From positions 1-64,000 of the forward strand of contig JBHLRQ010000004.1 of assembly GCA_048882385.1 (NCBI GenBank): a stretch of 64,000 nucleotides of DNA. Reading direction: 5' to 3'. The DNA comes from Candidatus Thorarchaeota archaeon (lineage in GTDB: Archaea; Asgardarchaeota; Thorarchaeia; Thorarchaeales; Thorarchaeaceae). Shown here in pieces: positions 28,371 to 37,987 of the stretch. Made by a program: the position numbers and the translations under genes. Every line of letters starts with the position of its first letter. The stretch's first letter is position 1. The notes below the pieces were generated by a model. The model had not been told where the DNA came from. It ran no database searches and saw only the letters and a program-made list of their open reading frames with translations.

Positions 28371-28991
28371 ATGGAAACCGTAACAGTAGCAATTCTCGCA
28401 GGTGGAAATTCAAAGAGATTCGGGTCGGAGAAGGCAATTGCTGAGTATCGAGGACGACCACTTGTTGCTCACATGGTTGATATCGCGCGAAGATTGTCTC
28501 GTAAGGTCATGATTGTAGTGTCTGATGAAACCCAAGTGGAGATTCTCAGGAATATTGTCCCAGATATTCAGATTGTTGTTGATCCACCTGGTGAAATCAA
28601 ATGTGCATTATCAGGAGCGCTAACTGCGTTTGAATATACAATGACATCACAGGTTCTTCTTCTTCCAATAGATTCTCCTTTGGCCAGTAGTGAGCTTCTG
28701 AGAATGTTAATCAGAATGAGTCCAGGACATGGTGCTGTAGTACCTTCATGGCCATCAGGATATATTGAGCCACTTCATTCTGTCTATTTTGCAGAACATG
28801 CATATTTTCATGGGCTCAAAGTGATGGAAGAAGGCTTCCATAAGATGAGAGATCTTCTTGATAGATTGCAACGAGTCCTATATGTTTCAACTGAAACTCT
28901 GAAACAGTTCGATCCAGACTTGAGTACGTTCACAAACTTCAACACACCAAAAGAACTCAGAGCAGCAGAGAGAAGAGATTTGAAAGAATGA
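28371..28991 (+). CDS. mobA: Molybdenum cofactor guanylyltransferase
   Basis: ILAGGNSKRFG.EKA, EPLHSVY, FTNFNTP. Confidence 0.92.
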   Translation: METVTVAILAGGNSKRFGSEKAIAEYRGRPLVAHMVDIARRLSRKVMIVVSDETQVEILRNIVPDIQIVVDPPGEIKCALSGALTAFEYTMTSQVLLLPIDSPLASSELLRMLIRMSPGHGAVVPSWPSGYIEPLHSVYFAEHAYFHGLKVMEEGFHKMRDLLDRLQRVLYVSTETLKQFDPDLSTFTNFNTPKELRAAERRDLKE

Positions 28992-28994
28992 TCC

Positions 28995-30071
28995 TTATTC
29001 TTGATTCTCAAACCTGATTCTACAAGTTCCTTCGTGACCCACCATGCATGGACCATATGGTTCGTCAATTGTACATCTTTTTCCGAAGAGGGCACAGTCT
29101 ACTGGATCAATCATACCCAATATCACTTCATGGCATCGGCAACCAGGAAGAATATCTACAGACTTAAAATCAGGGAAATCAAAGCGTAATCGAGCATCGT
29201 ATTCGGATAGCTCTTCCCGGATGAAGAGCCCAGATTTTTTGATTATACCTAGTCCTCTCCAAGGCGCGTCATCAACCCGGAAGGTTTGCTCAAGGACTTT
29301 TTGTGCGGCAAGATTTCCCTCTGGTTTTACAACACGCGTGTATTCATTCTCTGAATCTGCTCGTCCCTCTCTAATCTGAGCAAGAATCATTCGGACTGAT
29401 TCGAGGACATCGAGGGGCTCGAAACCTGCAACCACACATGGAACTCCCGTCTTTTCAGCAAATGGTTGAAAAGCATTGCTCCCGATTATTGTGGACACGT
29501 GGCCAGGTGTTATGAACCCATCAACACCATATCCCTCCAGATTGACAAGGATATCCATTGCAGGAGGAATTAACTTTAGAGATGTCAGAATAGAGAAGTT
29601 CTGAGGTGGTTCTCGTATTAGTTCGAGGGAAATCGTAGGAGCAGTTGTTTCGAATCCGACTCCGATAAACACAACTTCCTTGTTGGGATTTTCTTGAGCT
29701 ATCTTTACAGCTTCACCGACACCATAGACCACACGTACATCAGCTCCTGATGTTCGCTCTTTCGCAAGTGATGAATTGGTGGAAGGAACTCGAATCATAT
29801 CACCAAATGTTGTGATAATATGTCCCTGTCTGGCAAGCTCGATAGCCTTGTCCACATCCTCAGCGGCACATACGCAAACAGGACAACCAGGACCAGCAAC
29901 AAGCTTGATTGATTGTGGTAGTAAGGAACGGATTCCATGTTGAACAATTGTGTCCTCATGAGTTCCGCAGACATGAACTATGCGGGTTTCAATTCCTTCA
30001 TTCAAAGATGCAATCTCTTTGACAACAGCTTGCGCATATCTGGCATCACTAAAGCCTGTCTGCTTACTCAT
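28995..30071 (-). CDS. hypD: Hydrogenase maturation protein HypD
   Basis: VCGTH, GPGCPVC, GFETTAP, PGHVS, GPCMVGHEGTC. Confidence 0.96.
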   Translation of the reverse strand: MSKQTGFSDARYAQAVVKEIASLNEGIETRIVHVCGTHEDTIVQHGIRSLLPQSIKLVAGPGCPVCVCAAEDVDKAIELARQGHIITTFGDMIRVPSTNSSLAKERTSGADVRVVYGVGEAVKIAQENPNKEVVFIGVGFETTAPTISLELIREPPQNFSILTSLKLIPPAMDILVNLEGYGVDGFITPGHVSTIIGSNAFQPFAEKTGVPCVVAGFEPLDVLESVRMILAQIREGRADSENEYTRVVKPEGNLAAQKVLEQTFRVDDAPWRGLGIIKKSGLFIREELSEYDARLRFDFPDFKSVDILPGCRCHEVILGMIDPVDCALFGKRCTIDEPYGPCMVGHEGTCRIRFENQE

Positions 30072-30138
30072 TGAATCTCAACCAAGCCTGTTTTAGCTTG
30101 GCATCGCATAAAAATTCAGATGTGTGTATTTTGTACAA

Positions 30139-30447
30139 TTACTCTGGGTTAAGTCCTTCAAGGATAGCTAGTGCTTCTCCTACAGTGATTGAAAGTTTGT
30201 TTGCAAGTTCCTTAGCAGTAATGTTTGGGTTCTTGGGCAAGATGTACTCTTCTGCATATCCTACATTCCCTGCATAAAGAGGATTGTTCCTAGCTGTTTC
30301 AATGAGTAATGGCCAAAGAGGGTGGCTCTTGAAGTCAGCAATATTGATGTCTATAGTTCTACCAGATTCACCATTCTTCACCTTCTTAATAGGCTTTGAA
30401 TCAGGTGTTTCTCTACTACGTTTGTCAAGTCGCTCCTGCTTAATCAA
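30139..30447 (-). CDS. Hypothetical protein
   Basis: 102-aa ORF with an HTH-like C-terminus (ITAKELANKLSITVGEA). Confidence 0.7.
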   Translation of the reverse strand: MIKQERLDKRSRETPDSKPIKKVKNGESGRTIDINIADFKSHPLWPLLIETARNNPLYAGNVGYAEEYILPKNPNITAKELANKLSITVGEALAILEGLNPE

Positions 30448-30630
30448 GGCTGCATCCCAACCTCAGTTCCCGGCGAATCCAACGAAAAGTTGGCTCTCTT
30501 TTGAAATTTCTTTGTTACGATATAAGCCTTGGGGAGCTTTTTGAGGGTCTCATTGTATCGATAGCAGTATGTCTTGAAGGCGAAAGAAGAAGGCGCCATT
30601 CCCATGTCGTAAGGTTTAACAAGGCAATCC

Positions 30631-30981
30631 TTGACACATCACAGGAAGAATACGACCAAAGGGTCAACTATGGGGAATGAATTATTGCCTCAAGGCATTA
30701 GAAGAATAGTTCTTGATGTATTGAAACCTCACAGTCCTCGTTTGACTGATCTCGCACTCATGCTTGCAAGAGATGAGCGGGTTAATGGACTGAACATCTC
30801 ATTAAAAGAGGTAGACCAGAACACGGAGAGCATTACCATTACTCTTGAGGGTGATGATCTCAGCTACGACTCAATTAAAGAAATACTTGAGCAGGCTGGA
30901 GCTGTGATTCACTCAATTGATCAGGTTGTTGCAGGAAAGAGATTCGTTGAGGAGGTAACTCTTCAACCCGAGAATTCATAG
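30631..30981 (+). CDS. DUF211 family protein (start probably 30670)
   Basis: IRRIVLDVLKPHSP and IHSIDQVVAG motifs. Confidence 0.9.
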   Translation: MTHHRKNTTKGSTMGNELLPQGIRRIVLDVLKPHSPRLTDLALMLARDERVNGLNISLKEVDQNTESITITLEGDDLSYDSIKEILEQAGAVIHSIDQVVAGKRFVEEVTLQPENS

Positions 30982-30985
30982 TGGG

Positions 30986-31630
30986 TTATTTTCGCCCAGA
31001 GAGCTGTTCGCTAAGTTTCTTGCTCTCTTCCTCAATCTTACGTCTTACAAGATTGTGAATTTCCTGTTCAAATACATTAGGTACAATTTTTACTATGTTG
31101 CAGAGCCTGTCCACGATGGTGTCAGCAAGCTTGTTGTAGGAAGGGGTATTCCCTGTCACAATACCACGGACAACAACTTCTCCAACGCTTGCTCCAACTA
31201 CCGAATCAACGACACTTGCAATTGTACCTCTTGGATCCATAAAGAAAGGAAGATGAGTAGTATCGTGCAATGTAGTGAATCCGAGCTTCTCGACTATGCT
31301 CTCAGTATACCACTCAAGACTGGATTCTTTCATTCGAAGTCGCGATGCAAACTCTGTCTTTGTCAAAGGATTAGGATGACTCCACGGATGTCTAGTCACC
31401 ATATAGAGAGCTGCACCAAAGAAGGGATCGACTTCACGAGGGACTCCTTCTTGTGAAACAAATCTCCGTACAAGATCCAAAGCTAGGTTCTCATAACGTT
31501 CGTCAACTTTATTCTCTTTGTAGAATTCATGGGCATCACGGACAATCTTGACAATTTCCTGTGGATTTACAGCCAAGTGTTCATCATCAAAGCGTGATGC
31601 CATTGTCTCCGCTCCAAAATAGCCGCGCAC
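30986..31630 (-). CDS. Hypothetical protein with a TFIIB/cyclin-like repeat
   Basis: DPFFGAALYM..LTKTEFA..Y.ESIVEKLG aligns by eye to the second TFB repeat. Confidence 0.75.
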   Translation of the reverse strand: MRGYFGAETMASRFDDEHLAVNPQEIVKIVRDAHEFYKENKVDERYENLALDLVRRFVSQEGVPREVDPFFGAALYMVTRHPWSHPNPLTKTEFASRLRMKESSLEWYTESIVEKLGFTTLHDTTHLPFFMDPRGTIASVVDSVVGASVGEVVVRGIVTGNTPSYNKLADTIVDRLCNIVKIVPNVFEQEIHNLVRRKIEEESKKLSEQLSGRK

Positions 31631-31730
31631 TTAAACAGCTGACTTTAGTGCAGAGGTTGGGTCGAGCTATTTTACTCTTTTGCAATAGAAAATGAGGTCA
31701 GTTCTGTCCGCGCCAAAAGATAGGTATGCT

Positions 31731-32345
31731 CTATCGGGCTCTGTATATCTTCTCCAAGGTCCATCTTAGAGTTCTTTGTATCTCTTCTAATCGAGCCTCG
31801 TCGCCATAATTCTTCACAACAACTTCATCAAGGATTTTGTCATCTGATTTAACTTCAAAATCAAATGCATCATCCCAACTAATCTCCCCCTTCTCAACCC
31901 TAAGACGGTCTTCCTGTTGATACTTACCAAGAATTTCTTGAATGAAGAATTTTGCAAATGCGCCACGAGTGATATTGTAGACAGCATGATCAGCTGGTAC
32001 GATCCTCAAATTCTGTTCAATCACTTCAATTGTAGCCATCTCCAAATCTCCAGACTTGTTAACAATCAGGATATTCCTTGGTTCACCTGAAACCTCCAGT
32101 GTTTCTCTAGGTGTCATTACCTGTGCTCGAGCAGCTGATTCCATTGAAACATCAGCTGTTGTGAAACTACCTTTTCCAATTGTTGCATCGAGTGCTTGAA
32201 TGAACTCCTCAAGCTGCTCAATTCTCTCTCTTAGTCTGTCTAGTTCTTCACCGAGCTGGGTTCTTAATTCAAGTAACACACGAATTTCCGGATTTGACAC
32301 TGCATACACCAACGTACCATGCGGACACTCTGAAGAACTGTCCAT
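31731..32345 (-). CDS. Hypothetical protein with N-terminal coiled coil
   Basis: 204-aa ORF; heptad pattern LLELRTQLGEELDRLRERIEQLE. Confidence 0.75.
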   Translation of the reverse strand: MDSSSECPHGTLVYAVSNPEIRVLLELRTQLGEELDRLRERIEQLEEFIQALDATIGKGSFTTADVSMESAARAQVMTPRETLEVSGEPRNILIVNKSGDLEMATIEVIEQNLRIVPADHAVYNITRGAFAKFFIQEILGKYQQEDRLRVEKGEISWDDAFDFEVKSDDKILDEVVVKNYGDEARLEEIQRTLRWTLEKIYRAR

Positions 32346-32417
32346 TACTTATATGGTTGATTGTATTATTAGAACTTGTAGAAGACAGATTCTCTCGGTT
32401 ATAATGAGTGATTACAA

Positions 32418-32642
32418 TTATTCTTCAACAGCAACAACGGCAATGGCAAAATCAGGACACTCCAATTCGCACAACTTGCATACTTTGCAGGCTTCAAGAT
32501 TAGTCACAATGGGAAGAAAGAAGCCACGATTATCAACAATATCAGATTTCTTTAGAACACCGTGAGGACAGACGGAGATACAAATGTGGCAGCCTTTGCA
32601 CATCTTTGGATCAATAACGATTGCTTTAGCTTTCTTTGCCAT
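32418..32642 (-). CDS. 2x[4Fe-4S] ferredoxin (KorD/delta-subunit-like)
   Basis: CKGCHICISVCP and CKVCKLCELECPDFAI; start MAKKAKA. Confidence 0.92.
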   Translation of the reverse strand: MAKKAKAIVIDPKMCKGCHICISVCPHGVLKKSDIVDNRGFFLPIVTNLEACKVCKLCELECPDFAIAVVAVEE

Positions 32643-32736
32643 CGCAGGATACTCCGAATCATGCCGCAAACTAATCGTGATATAACGGTTCTCATTTGAC
32701 CCACAAGAGTGACCATTAAATACTGTCAATCTTGAT

Positions 32737-33474
32737 GTGATTATAGTAGGTGTCGAGTTGTTGAAACCATTTTTAGTGTTCAAGTGTCCCAAATGCAGTA
32801 ACTTCACAAATGCTCCAGCGGGTCAAAAGAGGAGAAGGTGTAGCTACTGTGGAACAATCATTGATATCAGAAAAGCAGCATGTGCAATTTTTGATACTCC
32901 TGAGATGGCTTCAACTGCAGTGAAGGAGTTCAATGCTGCACGAGGCGGAGATGAGTTTCAGAAATCGGTTGAACGATCAAGGGAGAGAGCACTTGCACTT
33001 ATGCCAAAGGACCCTGTTAAAGCGTCTGACATCTCAGATAGAGAACCGACTATCAGTTCTCCTGGAAAGAGGAAACGTCTCATGGCGCTTCTGGAGAAGG
33101 AAGCAAAGAATGCTCCGTGTTCTCTTGATAGGATAGAAGAAATATGTATGGAATATGAACTTGATTGGAAATGGGTCGAAAGTCAATTAGAAAACCTATC
33201 AAATAATGGAACACTCATATTTCCCAGACCGTGGTCAGTACAACTTGTTGCTACAAAAGAGAAGGATAGTGAGAGAGAATCTGAAACAAGTGATGTATCA
33301 ACAGATATTCTAGCACTCCTTTCAGAGTCAAATCAAGCTATCAAGGTTGTTGATATCGTCAAGAGATTTGAGAAGAGAGGAATATCGGAAACTTCAGTTA
33401 TTTCATCCTTAGAGAAGCTAATGCAACGCGGAGAGATCTTTGAACCAAGGAGCGGCAAGGTCCAATTGGTGTAA
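32737..33474 (+). CDS. Zinc-ribbon (DUF1922-like) plus winged-helix protein
   Basis: CPKC..CSYCG; two wHTH ends L..G.IFPRP / L.QRGEIFEPR. Confidence 0.8.
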   Translation: MIIVGVELLKPFLVFKCPKCSNFTNAPAGQKRRRCSYCGTIIDIRKAACAIFDTPEMASTAVKEFNAARGGDEFQKSVERSRERALALMPKDPVKASDISDREPTISSPGKRKRLMALLEKEAKNAPCSLDRIEEICMEYELDWKWVESQLENLSNNGTLIFPRPWSVQLVATKEKDSERESETSDVSTDILALLSESNQAIKVVDIVKRFEKRGISETSVISSLEKLMQRGEIFEPRSGKVQLV

Positions 33475-33514
33475 GCGTTTCGATTAGTTGAATAAGGCTC
33501 GGGAGTACAATTAG

Positions 33515-33913
33515 GTGGTACTAATGCCAATTGTGGAACTTGTGGCAAAAAAGACGTTGGAGCTTAATCCAGACATAGGTCTGGATGTAGTTGACCTGAT
33601 AGTTCTACTTTGGATGTACTCTAATCCATATGACAATAATAGAAGACAACTAAGTTCAATGCGCAATGTCCTCAAGATGTCTGAAACATTACAGGTTCCC
33701 GGGGGAGGATTAGATATCTCTGAGGAAGAACTCACGCAGATAGTATTAGGTAGTCTTCAGAAATTGAGGGGAATGGGTTTGGTGTATATACAGTCTGCAG
33801 GAATTCATTATGTGAAAGGAACCCTCACTGATGAAGGAGTAGATTTGATCAAGAAGTCTGTAACGACGCCAGTTTTGAAAAGAGTAACTGCTGAATTTGG
33901 AAATAATCCGTGA
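33515..33913 (+). CDS. Hypothetical winged-helix-like protein
   Basis: SLQKLRGMGLV...LTDEG pattern. Confidence 0.75.
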   Translation: MVLMPIVELVAKKTLELNPDIGLDVVDLIVLLWMYSNPYDNNRRQLSSMRNVLKMSETLQVPGGGLDISEEELTQIVLGSLQKLRGMGLVYIQSAGIHYVKGTLTDEGVDLIKKSVTTPVLKRVTAEFGNNP

Positions 33914-33946
33914 TTTGGTTTTTTTGAATTAGGGCAAGTGACAATG

Positions 33947-33952
33947 TTTAAA
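33947..33952 (+). promoter_or_regulatory. TATA box of the rpl22 operon
   Basis: TTTAAA about 23 nt before the first leader hairpin, downstream of a T-tract at 33919-33925. Confidence 0.5.
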
Positions 33953-33974
33953 TGCAAAACTCTTCCGAAACCGG

Positions 33975-34160
33975 ACTGCTGCTCAACTGAGATAGCTGTT
34001 TCAGAACCGATGGAAGCAGTGCAGACAAACTAGTTCTGCTCGCGAGAACAGTCTGCAGACGTGTGCCGGATAGGTTCTGGAGTGGTTGCGAGAGCACAAC
34101 GATGACTTTACAGCTTTCATAGAATGCAAGCTGGAACAAGTCCCCACAGCGGAAGTGAGG
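33975..34160 (+). ncRNA. Putative structured 5' leader or ncRNA upstream of rpl22
   Basis: Five consecutive stem-loops, one GNRA-capped (see findings). Confidence 0.6.
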
Positions 34161-34164
34161 CATT

Positions 34165-34629
34165 ATGCCAACATATGGATATTCAATCATGGGCATTGAC
34201 CCGGATAGAACAGCAATTGCTAGTGGAAGAAACATGCGGGTTTCCCCGAAACAATGCAGAGAAGTCTGTAATGAAATCAAGGGGATGATGCTGGATAAGG
34301 CAATTGATCTTCTGGAACTCGTAATAGAGGAGAAAGCTTGGATTCCCTACAGGCGTCACAGGAAGAAACGTGGCCATCATGCAGGAATGAAGAAATGGCC
34401 ATCTGGTGGACATCCGGTTAAAGCATCAGAGCATATCTTAGCTGTTTTGCGGAATGCAGAAGCCAATGCAGATACAAAAGGTCTGGACATTGATAGACTC
34501 AGAATAGCGCATGCAGCAACGCAACGGGGTAGAACCTACAAGAAATACATTGAGCGAGCATTTGGTAGAAGCACTCCGTATTTTGAGAACACTTCCCATG
34601 TGGAGATAGTATTAGAAGAGGTGAGTTAA
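34165..34629 (+). CDS. rpl22: 50S ribosomal protein uL22
   Basis: VSPK, NAEANA..KGLD, ERAFGR, HVEIVL. Confidence 0.97.
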   Translation: MPTYGYSIMGIDPDRTAIASGRNMRVSPKQCREVCNEIKGMMLDKAIDLLELVIEEKAWIPYRRHRKKRGHHAGMKKWPSGGHPVKASEHILAVLRNAEANADTKGLDIDRLRIAHAATQRGRTYKKYIERAFGRSTPYFENTSHVEIVLEEVS

Positions 34630-35543
34630 TGTCAGCTGTCAAGTACTTTATCGAACAGAACTCTCGTAGACTTGCGATTGATGAGTTTTTGGCAACTGAA
34701 CTCAACGCTGCGGGATATGGTGGCGTCGAGATCAGAAAGATGCCAATGAAGACAGAGGTCGTTATTCATGCCTCTCGACCAGGAGTAGTAATCGGTCGTC
34801 GTGGTGCAAAGATTAGAGAGCTTACCTACATTCTCGAGAATGAGTTTGGAATTGAGAATGTTCAGATTGAGGTTAGTGAGATTGAGAATCCTTGGCTTGA
34901 TGCAGCTGTAATGGCATCAAGGTTGGCCAGACAACTCGAGAGAGGCGTTCGTTTCAGAAGAATGGCTTACTGGATCCTCAGACGTGTAATGCGAGCTGGA
35001 GCAATTGGCTGTGAGATAATTGTGAAAGGCAAACTGTCTAGCAGAAGAGCTAGGTATCAGAAATTCAAACAGGGTACAATCGCAAAAACTGGAGAACCTG
35101 CTGACATGTTTGTAGACCATGCAAATGATTTGGCAGTGCTAAAACCAGGCGTGATAGGAATTCAAGTCCGAATTATGAGACCTGATGCAAAACTTCCTGG
35201 AGTTATTCAGATCAAAACACCGAAACCTAGGAAGAAAGAGGAAATTGAGCTTGTAAAGAGGCCAGATGAAGAACCCAGTGATGAAGTTGAAGCAGTTGAT
35301 GAAACACTTGAGGGAATCACTGACATAGATGAACTCAGAGAACTGGAAGAACTAGATGGTCTAGAGCTCATTGACGACGAACTGGAGCCGCAAGAGAAGG
35401 AAGAACCCGAACCAGAAATCGTGGAGGAACCTCCAATGGATGAAGAAGTCATTGAAGATGCTGAAATCAGTGAACCAGCAGAGGAAACGATCATCGAAGA
35501 CCTCAAAGAACTAGATGAATTGGACGAGGGAGGTACTGAGTAA
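34629..35543 (+). CDS. rps3: 30S ribosomal protein uS3 with long acidic tail
   Basis: RPGVVIGRRGAKIREL KH domain, GCEIIVKGKL, KPGVIGIQVRI. Confidence 0.97.
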   Translation: MSAVKYFIEQNSRRLAIDEFLATELNAAGYGGVEIRKMPMKTEVVIHASRPGVVIGRRGAKIRELTYILENEFGIENVQIEVSEIENPWLDAAVMASRLARQLERGVRFRRMAYWILRRVMRAGAIGCEIIVKGKLSSRRARYQKFKQGTIAKTGEPADMFVDHANDLAVLKPGVIGIQVRIMRPDAKLPGVIQIKTPKPRKKEEIELVKRPDEEPSDEVEAVDETLEGITDIDELRELEELDGLELIDDELEPQEKEEPEPEIVEEPPMDEEVIEDAEISEPAEETIIEDLKELDELDEGGTE

Positions 35544-35755
35544 TGCCTGGACTGAATGCAAAAGAAATCCGTAAACTTACACATGCAGAGCGTCAGAAGA
35601 AGCTGGAAGAGCTTTACAATGAGATGTCCAGTATCAGAATCGAATCAGCAACAGGTGGAGGTACAGAGAATCCATACAAGATTCGAAATGTGAGACGAGC
35701 AATTGCTCGTATTCTTACTATAAATCGAGAAGAAGAGCTGGAGGGTTCTGAATGA
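35543..35755 (+). CDS. rpl29: 50S ribosomal protein uL29
   Basis: ENPYKIRNVRRAIARILT; synteny. Confidence 0.95.
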   Translation: MPGLNAKEIRKLTHAERQKKLEELYNEMSSIRIESATGGGTENPYKIRNVRRAIARILTINREEELEGSE

Positions 35756-36036
35756 AAATTACTCCCCAGAATATTTTGAAACATGAACTTGTGGGGTTGC
35801 CAACTCATATTGTAGACTCGAGAGACCCCAATCATGTTTGTAAACAGGGTACAATCCTTGGAGAATCAAAGGAAATGATCCAGATTGACACTCAGAGAGG
35901 AACAATAGCAGTTCCCAAGAATGTCTGTGTCTTTGATATTACACTCCCTGATGGAACAGTGGTTCGCGTTGATGGTGGACTACTGAGAGGAAGACCAGAA
36001 GACAGAATGAAAAAGCGTTTCAACAGGAGCTGGTGA
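35752..36036 (+). CDS. rnp1: RNase P protein component 1 (Rpp29)
   Basis: HELVGL, VPK, GRPEDR; synteny. Confidence 0.93.
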   Translation: MKITPQNILKHELVGLPTHIVDSRDPNHVCKQGTILGESKEMIQIDTQRGTIAVPKNVCVFDITLPDGTVVRVDGGLLRGRPEDRMKKRFNRSW

Positions 36037-36407
36037 TGATGGCTGAAACCAAGAATAAAGTTCGCAATATTGGCATCCCAAATGTGGAACCTCCCGAGAA
36101 TCCATGTGATGATAGATACTGTCCATTCCATGGAAATCTATCAGTAAGAAGCAAAGTCCGAGAGGGAATCGTCACAAGCACACGGATGTACAAGACGATT
36201 GCATTTCAAACAGACTATCTTAGTCTAATCAAGAAATACTCTCGATACGAACGTCGAAGAACAAAGAAACTTGCACATTTGCCTCCATGCATTGAGGTCA
36301 AGGTTGGAGACACAGTGAAGGTAGTCGAATGCAGACCTTTGAGTAAGAATGTGTCAGCCGTTGTTGTAGCAGCAATCCCAGCTGAAATAAGAACAGAGGA
36401 GGAATAA
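36033..36407 (+). CDS. rps17: 30S ribosomal protein uS17
   Basis: CPFHGNLSVR, KYSRYERR, ECRPLSK. Confidence 0.97.
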   Translation: MMMAETKNKVRNIGIPNVEPPENPCDDRYCPFHGNLSVRSKVREGIVTSTRMYKTIAFQTDYLSLIKKYSRYERRRTKKLAHLPPCIEVKVGDTVKVVECRPLSKNVSAVVVAAIPAEIRTEEE

Positions 36408-36410
36408 TCT

Positions 36411-36833
36411 GTGTCAAGGAAAGTTGGAAGAGGAATCAGAAAATTCATCCCCCGAATAGCCCGAGGATTACCAATTGGTGCCAAAATTTTGTGTGCTGAC
36501 AATTCAGGAGCAAAGGAACTGAGACTAATCACAGTATTCGGATACAAGGGTAAACTGAGGAAGCTGGGTAAAGCTGGTATTGGTGACATGGTCAATGTAT
36601 CTGTCACCAAAGGAAAACAAGAACTACGCAAACAAGTACTTCAAGCCGTCATAGTGCGACAAAGAAAACCATTCAGGAGACCTGATGGAACTTGGATGCA
36701 GTTCGAAGATAATGCAGCAGTATTGGTCAAGCCTGGAGGCGAACCTCAAGGTTCTGAACTGAGAGGTCCTATGGCAAGAGAAGTCACTCTGAAGTGGCCA
36801 AGAGTTTCTGCTATTGCATCAAAGATAGTGTGA
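36411..36833 (+). CDS. rpl14: 50S ribosomal protein uL14
   Basis: CADNSGAK, AVIVRQRK, FEDNAAV. Confidence 0.97.
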   Translation: MSRKVGRGIRKFIPRIARGLPIGAKILCADNSGAKELRLITVFGYKGKLRKLGKAGIGDMVNVSVTKGKQELRKQVLQAVIVRQRKPFRRPDGTWMQFEDNAAVLVKPGGEPQGSELRGPMAREVTLKWPRVSAIASKIV

Positions 36834-36842
36834 GGGAGGAGA

Positions 36843-37232
36843 ATGGCAAAGAAACCAAGTTCAAAGTCACCTAGGAAACAGCGAAAGCGAATAATGAATG
36901 CTCCCCTTCATGATCGCAAGAACCTGCTCAAATGCAGACTTGACGAGTTCCTTCAAGAGCAATACGGACTCCGCTCACTTGTAATCAAGAAAGGTGATCT
37001 GGTGAGGGTTATGAGAGGTCAATTTCGTGATACTGAGGGGAAGGTAACTGCTGTAAGCTACAAAACAGCTCGTGTGTTTCTGGATAATGCTACAATTACC
37101 AAAGCAGATGGGAAAGAAGCTCCAGTTCCAGTGCATCCATCAAATCTCATGTTAGTGAAATTGGAGCTAAACGATGAAAGAAAGAAACTCATTGAAGGCA
37201 AAGTAATGAAATTCGCGGAGAGTGACGAATAA
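36843..37232 (+). CDS. rpl24: 50S ribosomal protein uL24
   Basis: PRKQRK..NAPLH, GDLVRVMRG, HPSNL. Confidence 0.96.
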   Translation: MAKKPSSKSPRKQRKRIMNAPLHDRKNLLKCRLDEFLQEQYGLRSLVIKKGDLVRVMRGQFRDTEGKVTAVSYKTARVFLDNATITKADGKEAPVPVHPSNLMLVKLELNDERKKLIEGKVMKFAESDE

Positions 37233-37987
37233 TGGCAAGAAGAGGTCAAAAAAGACATCTCAAACGTCTACCAGCACCACGACACTGGCCAATCAAGAGA
37301 AAGGAGGCAAAGTTCACAACCAGAGTGGTTCCTGGACCTCATCCGAAAGAACATAGCCTTACACTTGCTTTGGTTCTAAGAGAGGTTCTTGGTTATGCTG
37401 AGAACATGCGTGAAGTGAAGGCAATTCTATCAGGCGGTCAGATAAAAGTAGATGGCAAAATCAGAAAGAATCCTAGATTTCCTGTGGGACTCATGGATGT
37501 CATTGAAATCGGACCTTCTGGAGAACGGTTTAGGCTTCTACCTAAATTGAGGGGAGGCCTACGATTTGTTAGTATTGACGAAACAGAAGCTAGTTACAAA
37601 CTCTGCAGAATTGAAAACAAGACTATGGTCAATGGAGGAAAAGTGCAGCTTAGTCTACACGATGGTCGGACCCTCTTGCTTTCAGATAGTGAGAAAGCAG
37701 AGGACTATAGTACCCTTGATACTTTGAAAGTTGGAATTCCAAAACAGAAACTTATGAAATCCTTCAAGCTTGACAAAGGAGTCTATGCAATTGTCACACG
37801 AGGGAAGAACATTGGTTTCGAAGGAAAAGTCGTTGAAGTTGAAAAAAGAATTGGTACGCATGCAAGTACCGTGACAATCCAAGATCCTGATGGAAATAGG
37901 TTCCAGACTGCTCTAGACTATGTCTTTGTTGTTGGGAAGACCAAATCAGAGGTGACTCTGGAAGCAGCAGGAGGTAGTTCCGAATGA
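37232..37987 (+). CDS. rps4e: 30S ribosomal protein eS4
   Basis: HLKRLPAP, PGPH, FPVGLMDVI, LHDGR. Confidence 0.97.
   Translation: MARRGQKRHLKRLPAPRHWPIKRKEAKFTTRVVPGPHPKEHSLTLALVLREVLGYAENMREVKAILSGGQIKVDGKIRKNPRFPVGLMDVIEIGPSGERFRLLPKLRGGLRFVSIDETEASYKLCRIENKTMVNGGKVQLSLHDGRTLLLSDSEKAEDYSTLDTLKVGIPKQKLMKSFKLDKGVYAIVTRGKNIGFEGKVVEVEKRIGTHASTVTIQDPDGNRFQTALDYVFVVGKTKSEVTLEAAGGSSE

Noticed and set aside
34101-34142. ATGA-starting hairpin as a eukaryote-like SECIS
   Set aside because: GAC pairs Watson-Crick with GTC, there is no 3' GA quartet, and it is in a 5' leader of non-selenoprotein genes
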